Positions 25,561 to 35,642 of a DNA stretch of 64,000 bases are shown one piece after another. The position numbers and the translations under genes are program-made. Position 1 is the first letter of the stretch. Each line of letters begins with the position of its first letter. Source of the stretch: Tubulanus polymorphus (lineage: Eukaryota; Animalia; Nemertea); assembly GCF_964204645.1 (NCBI RefSeq), contig NC_134030.1:6676778-6740777 (forward strand), in the 5' to 3' direction. The notes below the pieces were generated by a model. It was not told where the DNA came from, did no database searches, and saw only the letters and a list, made by a program, of their open reading frames with translations.

Positions 25561-25980
25561 TGGGGTTCGGGGAGGGTGGGTAGGGTTGGGGGGAGGTAGG
25601 GCGTGAGGGAGGGTGGGAGGGATGGGGTATGGGAGGGTGGGAGGGATGGGGTATGGGAGGGCGGGAGGGATGGGGTATGGGAGGGCGGGAGGGATAGGGT
25701 GAGGGAGGGTGGGAGGGATGGGCCTTGGAGGGTGGGAGGGATGGGGTCTGGGAGGGATGGGGTCTGGGAGGGCAGGAGGGATGGGGTCTGGGAGGGACGG
25801 GGTGAGGTAGGGTGGGAGGGGATGTGGTGGGCTGGGGAGGATGGGCGGTAGTAGGACTTTGGAGGGAGGGGTGGAGGGTTTAGGTGGGTGGAGGAAGGAC
25901 TTTGGAGGGAGGGGTGGAGAGTTAAGGTGGGTGGTGGTGAAGGGTTTGGGTGGGAGTGGTAGTGTAGGGTCAGGTACAGG
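25561..25980 (+). repeat. G-rich minisatellite (24-bp unit GGGAGGG(C/T)GGGAGGGATGGGGT(A/C)T), potential G-quadruplex array
   Basis: Directly visible tandem units that degenerate toward 25980. Confidence 0.9.
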
Positions 25981-27869
25981 TTTAGTCGTGGCAAATATTT
26001 TTGGTCTTGAACTTCAGGATATTTCAGAAAATGTGTCCCATTTTTTATTGTATTCTAATAAACAATAGAATTAGTATAAAACGTATTTACTGTTATAGGC
26101 ATGACTTTGAACACATCATGTTACAGTCGTTATGCATGCGACACGCTGGTTAAACGGACTAGTTCTATTAGTTTTACTGGTTTATAGCGCGTTTTCTGTC
26201 TATGAGGCCCGGGTTTGATCCCCGATGAGCGCGTAATTTCACTGTCACTTCTCTTAATTGTTAAAGAGATAATTTCCCCATATTTTTTAATGGACCCTTT
26301 TCAATTCTTAGGGACATTATTCAAGTTGGCCACGAATGAGTAACTTACTCGAATGATTTTAGAAACTGCTCCCTCGTTACGATTGAAATATAGTTTAATG
26401 AGCAATTCAATTAAACAAGGATTATTTACGTAAATAATTACTATTGAAACCTTTTTGTAGGTGTTTCGCACCTGCAGCACTCAATGGCGACTTGAGTTGT
26501 CATTTCATGCCACAAAAGCGTGTAAGAAGTGACCCCATATTCCATGTGCACCCCTGTTATTCATTGCAGCTTCCTCTTTGGCTGCAGATTCGAAGACAAA
26601 CTTACTCTTTATTTTGAAAGAAGAGCATGGAACGTATTGGAAAAGTGATTTGTATTGTAATCACTTTCATCGATTTTCAGATACTCTTCATTTGCCTTCA
26701 GCGGGTATGCGGCACATATATCACTTTTTGAAGATGGATAAATATCCTTGGTAGTTAGTTACCCTAGTGTTTTCACAAAGAGGGGACACATTTTCTGAAA
26801 TAAACTGTACAATTTATAGGTGGAACAACTGTACGATTTATCGGGGGGGGGGGGGGGAACAATGATGACACGGATTTTGACAAAGACACAGAGTGACTAT
26901 TGTTCTATCATACTTTCAACAACTTTCATTTCTGAATAGGATTATATTCTATTCACATTCAGTTTATTTCAAGCTGTGACTTATTCATTTTAGACAGAAT
27001 TAGAAGGGCTGTGAACTAGTAGTATCATGAAATCTTTCACTGAATTGAACCAGATAAAGTTTTACCTGAGTTTTCACAGTTAGCCCCTTCCCGCTACTTT
27101 GATAAAGCGTATTTATACATCTTACTTACGGATCTAAGATTATTTCCCTATTTTAGGTTTTTTGAGAATCCTTGGGAATTATTTTAGATCGTAGTGATTT
27201 ACTTTACTTACGCAGGAAATGCGTAAATTATTTTTATTAACTCTATTTTAAGGGCATTGTGTGTGTTGTAATGATTTTGAATACAGTTTTTTCCTGCATA
27301 TATCCTGCTAATGATTGGAGTGTAATTCATATTCATAGTCGTTGACAACAATGCAATCCAAGAAAGATTTATTACTTCCAAGTTTACATGCGGGCTTTCG
27401 AACCCATGAGACTTACGTGTGAAATATGATTCCGATAAATCATCAGATAAGTATGGTGGCTGATTAGGGCCGTATTAAAAATGTTTCTGTATGGCTAGAG
27501 GAATGATAAAAAATTTCACATTTAAAGCCTGTTTTTTTGTTGTTGTTTTCTTGCGTAAAAGACCAAACATTTTGGTTTGAACAATTTTTCTGGACAGGTA
27601 GAGGCCAGATAAAAAATTTTTACATTGGCCCATTTTTGTTTTCTCGCGTGAGAAAACCAAACTTTTTGAGTTCTCTTGTGACAAAACAAAAAGTTTTGAA
27701 TTCTCGGGCAAGAAAACCAAACTGTTTTGTTTTTTCGTTTCGTTTTTCACTTTTATTGATTTTTAGATTCTCTTTTGCCTTCAGCTTCAGCTGCAGATAT
27801 TCAGTTTCTGAATATCTGCAGTTCGTGATCACGTGGTTTCTGAGGAACAGTGTAACCCTCATACACTAA

Positions 27870-29550
27870 TTATTCATTGCATTCGATTTCGAAACGACGA
27901 CTGTGGAATCGAACCACGTTGTAGTACTGGGTATAGCACATAGAATATGTTAAATGTGTAAATGGTCGAAACGTACCCCTGAATCGGTAAACGATTATTG
28001 CGGTAAACACGAACACGTGTTTAAAACGGACTCTGAATTCTGCGAGTGGTTTTTTACGGAAGAGAATAGGGGCGCGATTGTTTTTGCGCATAATTTTCAA
28101 TCCTTTAACGGTTACTTTATTCTGCAATACTTGGTTTCACAAGGTATATTACCGGATATTGTACCAAACGGCGGGAAAATAATGACTATGACCATTGAAA
28201 TTGTGGACATGAAGTTTTTGGACACACTGAATTTTCTACCAATGAAACTCGCTAAATTACCGGAAACATTAGGTATTCCGGAATTGAAAAAGGGTATTTT
28301 CCGTATAAATTCTGTACTCGCGAGAATATTGATTATGTCGGACCTATTCCAGTTATAGAATATTACAATCCAGACGGCCTAAGTTTGAGCGAGAGGTCTG
28401 ATTTAATAAAGTGTAATAGCGATCGTCAGTCGGTATATTTCATCTTTGACATGCAGTGCGAGTTGGTCGAATACTGTCGTTCGGATGTGGATATTTTAAT
28501 TGTTATCAGCGAGGTATCAATTGACTGCTTTAAAGTAGACGGTTATCACGCCAAATCCAACATCGTGTATGAATTTCACGGATGCCTATATCACGGATGC
28601 CCGAAATGTTTCAAAAATCCGGACTTGATATCTCCGGTACGACCTGATTGTAAATTTGGCGAATTATATCGGGCTACATTATAAAAAATTCAAAAATTAG
28701 GGCTTTGGGATACAATTTGGTGGAGTTTTGGGAGCACGAATATCGTAACTCGGTTTGCAGATTTTGTCAAGAAATCTGATATTCTCGATTCGGTGCAACC
28801 ACGAGATGCATTTTTCGGAGGTCGCACAAACGCTATAAAAATTTATCACAAAGCTGAGGGTGAAGAGAAGATCAGATACATCGACATAGGCCTATGTTCG
28901 TTGTATCCATACGTCAACAGTCGCTGTAGTTACCCGATCGGTCATCCACGCATTGTGACTGAAAATTTAGGCGATATTGACAATTATTACAATTCGATAA
29001 AGTGTACAGTTTTGCCACCTAGGGGTCTATATCTACCCATGCTCCCGTATAGATCGTTTGGGAAATAAACTTTCCCGTTGTGTCGAACTGCCCTAATGAA
29101 AGCAATCAGTGCGATAGGTGCAATCATTCGACTGATGAACGTTCGATAACCGGGACCTGGGTAACTTGAGAGGTACAAAAAGCCGTGAAACTTGGTTATA
29201 GAATATTGGACATATATGGGATTTGGGATTGGGAGACTAACGAAATGGGTTTATTCGAGGATTATACAAGCAAATTCGTCAAAGTTAAAACCGAAGCCAG
29301 TGGCTGGCCAACTAAAGAAATGTCGTGCGAAGAGAAGGATAAATTTATTTCGGATTATTTAGAAAAAGAGGGTATCCAACTCGAAGAAGATAAAATTTAA
29401 AAAGCCAAGGGGATGGGAACAGTCGTGAAATTATGTTTGAATTCGATGTGGGGTAAACTCGGCCAGAATGAAAATAAGACGACGGCAAAATATATTTCAG
29501 ACCCTGGGGAATTATATAGAATGCTTTTGGATGAAACTTTAAAGATAAGC
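27870..29550 (+). pseudogene. Fragmented protein-primed family B DNA polymerase (Polinton/Maverick/adintovirus type)
   Basis: Motifs appear in the expected order across frameshifts and stops: ExoI FIAFDFET (27873), ExoII FAHNFQSFNGYFIL, KFLDTLNFLPMKLAKLPETLG..ELKKG, ExoIII YCRSDVDIL, insert VDGY..VYEFHGCLYHGCPKCF, RDAFFGGRT, motif A YID..CSLYPYV, KVKTEASGWP and motif B KLCLNSMWGKLGQ (about 29428). Motif C (YxDTDS) is absent. Confidence 0.92.
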
Positions 29551-30029
29551 GTTTTTGACAAAATAACATTAGTTGAAATTACGGTTTGAATATTTTTCGA
29601 TTTTACATATTCGAGGTTTGAATATTTTTCGATTTACGCAATTTGTAGTTTACTAAATTCTTTATTTTCATTAAACGAGGTTCTAACAATTTTCAATTTT
29701 GAGAAACATGGTTCGAACTTATTTAATAGGAAAATACTTTACGGTTTTGACAAAATAACATTAGTTAAAATTACGGTTTGAATATTATTCGATTTTACAT
29801 ATTCGCGGTTTGATTGTTTTTTTCATAGACGCTATTTGACTTTTTCACACGTCGATATACGTTGTTCGACTGAAATATTTACGTTCCGGTTGAAGATCAA
29901 TCACGTCTAAACAAAATATAGCGCCGACAATTTTATAAAGGAATCGCTGCGACATATTTAATTTTTTCAAAACTATGCATAATCCATCTGGTTCGTCGCA
30001 ATCAACAAAATCTCTGGCTAAACGTTTAA

Positions 30030-31520
30030 TATCTGAAAAAAGTTTTGAATTCTCGCACGAGAAAACAAAACTATTTTGTTTTCTGGTTTAATTATTATTG
30101 TTGTGTTGTATTTTTCTGTCAAGTTTGTACAGTAAGTCCTATGTCCTCATTGTCTTTGTTTATGGCATGTTGTTCATCACTATCTGAAAAATAGAATACC
30201 AAAAGTTTTGAATTCTTGCGCAAGAAAACAAAACGTTTTGAATTCTCGCGCGAGAAATCCAAACTGTTTTGTTTTCTCATTTCATTTCTCTTTTTTATTG
30301 ATTTCCAGATTCTCTTGATTTGCCTTCAGCGGTACACAACACAGATGTCACTATCTGAAAAATAGAAAACCAAAAAAAATGAATTCTCGCGCGAGAAAAC
30401 AAATAATTTTGAATTCTCGCGCGAGGAATCCTAACTGCTTTGTTTTTCTCATTTCATTTGTCTTTTTTTATTGATTTTTAGATTCTCTTAATTTGCCTTC
30501 AGCAGTACGCAGCACAGGTATCACTATCTGAAAAATAGAATACCAAAAGAAATGAATTCTCGCGCGAGAAAACAAATAATTTTGAATTCTCGCGCGAGGA
30601 ATCCTAACTGTTTTGTGTTTCTCATTTCATTTGTCTTTTTTATTGAATTTTAGATTCTCTTAATTTGCCTTCAGGGGTACGCAGCACAGATATTTATATC
30701 GCCACTATCTTGAAAAATAGAAAACAAAAAGTTTTGTTTTCTCGCACGAGAATACAAAACTATTTTGTTTTCTGGTTTGATTATAGCAAATTTTTGTTTT
30801 GTGTAGAAACGTATTTGTCTGTCAAGTTTGTACAGTAAGAGTCCTATGTCCTCATTGTCTTTGTTTATGGCATGTTGTTTATCACTATCTGAAAAATAGA
30901 ATACCAAAGGTTTTGAATTCTTGCGCAAGAAAACCAAAGTATTATCAAATAATTTAGAATTCTAGCGCGGGAAATCCAAACTGTTTTGTTTTCTCATTTC
31001 ATTTCTCTTTTTCATTGATTTCCAGATTCTCTTGATTTACCTTCAGCAGTGTGCAGCACAGATATCACTATCTGAAACAAAAGAAAACTGACAGTTTTGA
31101 ATACTTGTGCGAGAAAACAAATAATTTTGAATTCTCGTGCGAACAATCCTAACTGTTTTGTTTTCTCATTTCATTTCTCTTTTTTATCGATTTTCAGATT
31201 CTCTTAATTTACCGGCACAGATATTTATATCGGCACTATCTGGAAAGTAGAAAACAAAAAGTTTTGATTTCTCGCACGAGAATACAAAACTATTTTGTTT
31301 TCTGGTTTGATTATAGCAACTTTTTGTTTTGTATAGAAAATGTATTTGTCTGTCAAGTTTTTACAGTTAGTCATATCTCCTCACTGTCTGTTTACGGCAT
31401 GTTGTTGCTCACCTTTATCACTGTCTAAAAAATAGAAAACCAAAAGTTTTGAATTCTTGCGCGAGAAAACAAAATTTTTTGAATTCTCGCGTGAGAAAAC
31501 CAAAGCATTTTGTGTAGAAA
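30030..31520. repeat. Internal tandem array of the TIR element (~175-180-bp subunits with larger higher-order duplications); same repeat at 27620-27790
   Basis: Recurring palindromic core GAATTCTCGCGCGAGAAAAC and TCACTATCTGAAAAATAGAA. Confidence 0.9.
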
Positions 31521-32434
31521 ATGTGAAAAATTTTTTATAGTTCCTCTAGCCGTACAGAAACATTTTTAGTATTGCCTGAATCAGCCACCATAGATTATCC
31601 TTGCGATTGCTTCGATCTACAAATACTCCATCTGTATTTTGAAAGTCATAAAATTAATGTTATAAAAGCACTGTCGAGCCAACACAGCATACAATGTCAG
31701 ATTAATGCTTTGCTAGTGTATATATACTGTATTCTTGTATTGGTATATTTGATATGAACTTCAATACGGCAAAAAAGAACTGTCGAGCCATAAACATCGT
31801 AGATTTCCTCCTGAACTGTACCTGATTTTGATAAATCGATGCATATTCTTGCCATTATGAATAAAATACAGGATCCGATTTGAGGGCGGGGGCTTGATCG
31901 CGATTTGGACAAATCAATTCATTAAAGATTCATCGCTCCCAGAAAAATCCCTCGAATTGAAACCATTCAAATTTGTACGGTTCATAAAATTCACTGTTAT
32001 ACATCAAATTTGAATCGGCAGCACCAATCGAATTTTACAGTCTATGATTTGGACAAATCAATTCATTACTGATTTTATTGCTTCCAAGTTGTTCAAGATA
32101 GTGAATCATTAATGCAGAAAACCCGTTATCGCTATAGGCTATAGTCCAAACATAGAATAAACTACACAAGCCCGAGGAAACATTTTCAGACGTTATTATC
32201 CAGAACATGGATTTAGTGTTTTTTCAGTGGTTAGCAATACTTCTCTATGTGACAGTAAGATTATTTTGCCATTTTTTCACAATCATATCAGTTTATGAAA
32301 GTTATTTCATCCTCCGCATTTTTAAATGTTTAGATTTTATCAGTGCTTCAATTTGTCAGTTTATATTCATAGCTTAGAATTTGATCAATGCATCATTCAC
32401 GACTAATTAGTGCATTTTTTTGAACCCATTCAGC

Positions 32435-32995
32435 GTGAACCAAACTTAGACTTTTTGGTCACCAAATCAGAACCATGGACCAAACTTTGACTCTTTGGTC
32501 ACCAAAACAGGACTGTGAACCAAACTTTGACTCTTTGGTCACCAAACCAGGGCCGTGAACCAAATTTAGACTCTTTGGTCACCAAACCAGGGCAGTGAAC
32601 CAAGCGTTGATTCTTTGGTCACCAAACCTGGGCCATAAAAGAAAGCTATTAAAGTTTATAAGAACACAATTTATTTCTGTTGTCTTCGCGAATCTATTTG
32701 GGAATGAAATGATTTAGGAAACTTCAACTTTTTGGTCACCAAATCAGAACCATGGACCAAACTTTGACTCTTTGGTCACCAAAACAGGACTGTGAACCAA
32801 ACTTTGACTCTTTGGTCACCAAACCAGGGCCGTGAACCAAATTTAGACTCTTTGGTCACCAAACCAGGGCCGTGAACCAAATTTAGACTCTTTGGTCACC
32901 AAACCAGGGCAGTGAACCAAGCGTTGATTCTTTGGTCACCAAACCAGGGCCATGAAAGAAAGCTATAAGAACACAATTTATTTCTGTTGTCTTCA
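32435..32995. repeat. Minisatellite, ~39-40-bp unit, in two duplicated blocks
   Basis: The unit GAACCAAACTTTGACTCTTTGGTCACCAAACCAGGGCCGT recurs; both blocks end in GAAAGCTAT..AAGAACACAATTTATTTCTGTTGTCTTC. Confidence 0.9.
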
Positions 32996-33284
32996 CAGAA
33001 GGTGGAACTAATGACGTTGTTAATGTATACAACACTGTATATCAGCGCTGCTGCTGCTACTGGTTTTATTGGCAGCTGTGGGGATTCTCTAAATTAACTA
33101 ACATATCTTACTTTCACTGACTTATTGCTGCTTGTCTTTAAAAGACATATAGATTTGATCCCAGTTGGAACTAGTGAGTGCCAGTGAGGAAGACAAATGA
33201 TAAAATGAGAAAAGCCAGTAAGAAAAAGCCATGTGAAAAGAAAAATATGAAGCGAATGTAAAACGGCATTAAATGCTGATATTA

Positions 33285-33475
33285 TGAGTGGAGTCTGAGA
33301 GCAATTTGAAGGTTTATTGTCCTGCTGGCCTAGATGGCAGGCAGGGGTCTATTCCTACCTCAACTCCAAAACACAGAGAACAATATAAAGAGTGGGGTCC
33401 GAGAGCAATTCGAAGGTTTAGTGTCCTGCTGGCTTAGCGAGCGGGCAGGGGTCTATTCCTACCTCGACTCAAAAA
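33285..33475. repeat. Two-copy ~105-bp tandem duplication
   Basis: GAGTGG.GTC.GAGAGCAATT.GAAGGTTTA.TGTCCTGCTGGC.TAG..GCAGGGGTCTATTCCTACCTC.ACTC occurs twice. Confidence 0.8.
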
Positions 33476-35074
33476 AAAGAAAAATTCTGTGTGTTGAAAC
33501 ATTCGCAAAAAAAGAAAAATGGCAAATGATGAAATATGGCTGGAGTTTTATTAGCTCTGCTGGGTTCAAGTCTAACTTGAAATGAGGAAACAGATTGTTT
33601 ATTGTCTAAAATCTTATGTAAAGGATTCCATAAAACAACTTGCTCATATAAAGCCTCTAGCAGTAGTAGTAGTAGAGAGTATAAAAATGTCTAATCTGAC
33701 TATCAACTGTCATTGGTTTCATAATGAGAATTATGACATTTTGAATTTGTGAAGCAACATGAATAGCCTTGTTAGTTTTTGATCTATCCGAATCGGCTAT
33801 CATTCTTGTCCTTGGTTTGTGTTTGCCCTCCACACAACAACGTGAGCGTAGAGGTTTGGCCTGGTTCTGGTGAACCTTCCATACCTCCCTCTCTTACAAC
33901 AATGTTAGTTTAGTTTCTTAGGTTTGGTTTGATAATTTAGAGATAATCACCTCTTACAACTGAAACCCACTCCATTCGATTGATGAAATCTATACAGCAA
34001 CATTCCGTGAAACCAAAAATACATATGTTTTTTTGGTGAAACTTGATTTGAACAATTCCCAACATAATACCAGTGTATAGTCATATAATTACTAATTGGA
34101 CGGCTAAGAAATAATAGAAATGAATAATTTGAACATATTCATTATTGATGAAGGAGGTGTCTATAAGAATAAGGCCTTGTGATTTTCTAGACAATGATTA
34201 GTTCGTGACTTAGTCTTATCATTGATGCAATTGATTAAAGCTGATCAAGTGTTGCCTAAAATAGCAATAGATATTAGATGACTACACAATCATCATTCTT
34301 GAGAAATTTTAGCTGTAATGTATGATGGATTACCGAACTATAAGTGATTGAACAATGTAAATTTGAAGGAATTTTCACATCGCGTAGTTTATCTGACACC
34401 CTTGTGGATGGTGTTGATGATGATATGATAGGGGCTACACGCTGAATTCAATCCAGCGCGAACTTCTAGCTTCTTAACCTGAGTTTGGTGTACAATACAT
34501 ACACCAGCTCTTAGAGGTGTGGGTACTGATACTGTTAAAATCAAGTCTTTGTAGTCGTGTACACCTTGTTGGCTACTGCCCCGATTAAAGGTAAAAGATT
34601 GCGTCATATCTTGATTATATTTAGCTGATTACAGTTATGATGAAAATCTAATGATTTTTAATGCTTATATTAATCGAGAATTCAGTTGGTAGCGAGTAGG
34701 AAAAAACCAATATAACTTAGTGCGCTGATATCATGTTTACAGTGCATATTGTTGTATTCATTATATAGCCCGTATGACGTCACATGCATAGCAAATAGTC
34801 AGTGCGTGCTCAGAAAATTCGCGTACCTGTTATTCATTTTTCAAACCCATATATTCATTCAACAAGTTCAGTGTTTATCGACTAGATAACATTTTTCCTG
34901 GTATGGGTAAGTTATCTATTGAATGAGATCATAAGAATTTTGATGAATAGGCAACACTTGATCTTTAAGGATTTCAATTTTTTCATGAAAATTATATGAT
35001 TGTGAAAAATGGCGAAGCATTTCTATTGTTCAGATGAGTGATATAGGAGGAGGAGACAGAGAGTTGAGGAGACT

Positions 35075-35642
35075 TGAGAGTCTGGGAGGGTGGGAGGGTT
35101 AGGGTGTGGGAGGGATGGGGTCTAGGAGGGTGGGAGGGGTGGGAGGGTTGGGGTCTGGGAGGGCGGGAGGGATGGGGTCTGGGAGGGCGGGAGGGATGGG
35201 GTCTGGGAGAGAAGGGATCTGGGAGGGCGGGAGGGAAGGGGCAAGGGAGGGCGGGAGGGAAGGGGTCTGGGAGGGCGGGAGGGATGGGGTCTGGGAGGGC
35301 GGGAGGGATGGGGTCTGGGAGGGCGGGAGGGATGGGGTCTGGGAGGGCGGGAGGGTTGGGGTCTTGGAGGGCGGGAGGGTTGGGATGTGGGAGGGCGGGA
35401 GGGAAGGGGTCTGGGAGGGCGGGAGGGAAGGGGCGAGGGAGGGCGGGAGGGAAGGGGCGAGGGAGGGCGGGCGGGAGGGAAGGGGCGCGGGAGGGAAAGG
35501 GCGAGGGAGGGCGGGAGGGAAGGGGCGAGGGAGGGCGGGAGGGAAGGGGTGAGGGAGGGCGGGAGGGATGGGGTCTGGGAGGGCGGGAGGGAAGGGGTCT
35601 GGGAGGGCGGGAGGGATTGGGTCTGGGAGGGTCGGGACGGGA
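35075..35642 (+). repeat. G-rich minisatellite (24-bp unit GGGAGGGCGGGAGGGA(T/A)GGGG(TCT/CGA)), potential G-quadruplex array
   Basis: More than 20 visible tandem units of the same family as 25561-25980, G-rich on the same strand. Confidence 0.95.

Larger units (their letters stand above)
27454..31590. mobile_element. 4.1-kb non-autonomous TIR element with internal tandem repeats and Polinton-derived cargo
   Basis: ~75-bp imperfect TIRs: left TATGGTGGCTGATTAGGGCCGTATTAAAAATGTTTCTGTATGGCTAGAGGAATGATAAAAAATTTCACATTT from 27452; right AAATGTGAAAAATTTTTTATAGTTCCTCTAGCCGTACAGAAACATTTTTAGTATTGCCTGAATCAGCCACCATA ending at 31592. Both ends are flanked by TA (or AT if the termini are GG/CC). No transposase ORF. 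Confidence 0.8.

Noticed and set aside
26140-26236. tRNA gene (GGCCCGGGTTTGATCCCCG T-arm-like motif); similar B-box at about 46688-46702
   Set aside because: No complete cloverleaf or anticodon arm. At most these are degenerate SINE heads.
27452-31592. Intact Polinton/Maverick or endogenous virus
   Set aside because: No integrase, packaging ATPase, protease or capsid ORFs. The pPolB is frameshifted, internally deleted and lacks motif C.
24660-33000. Short regular repeats (51-bp, 39-40-bp and palindromic TTCTCGCGCGAGAA units) as CRISPR-like arrays
   Set aside because: The units are contiguous with no unique spacers, there are no cas-like ORFs, and the context is eukaryotic. They are minisatellites.
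34389-34607. 72-aa minus-strand ORF inside the inverted-arm segment
   Set aside because: No recognisable motif or supporting exon chain; it cannot be called without a homology search.
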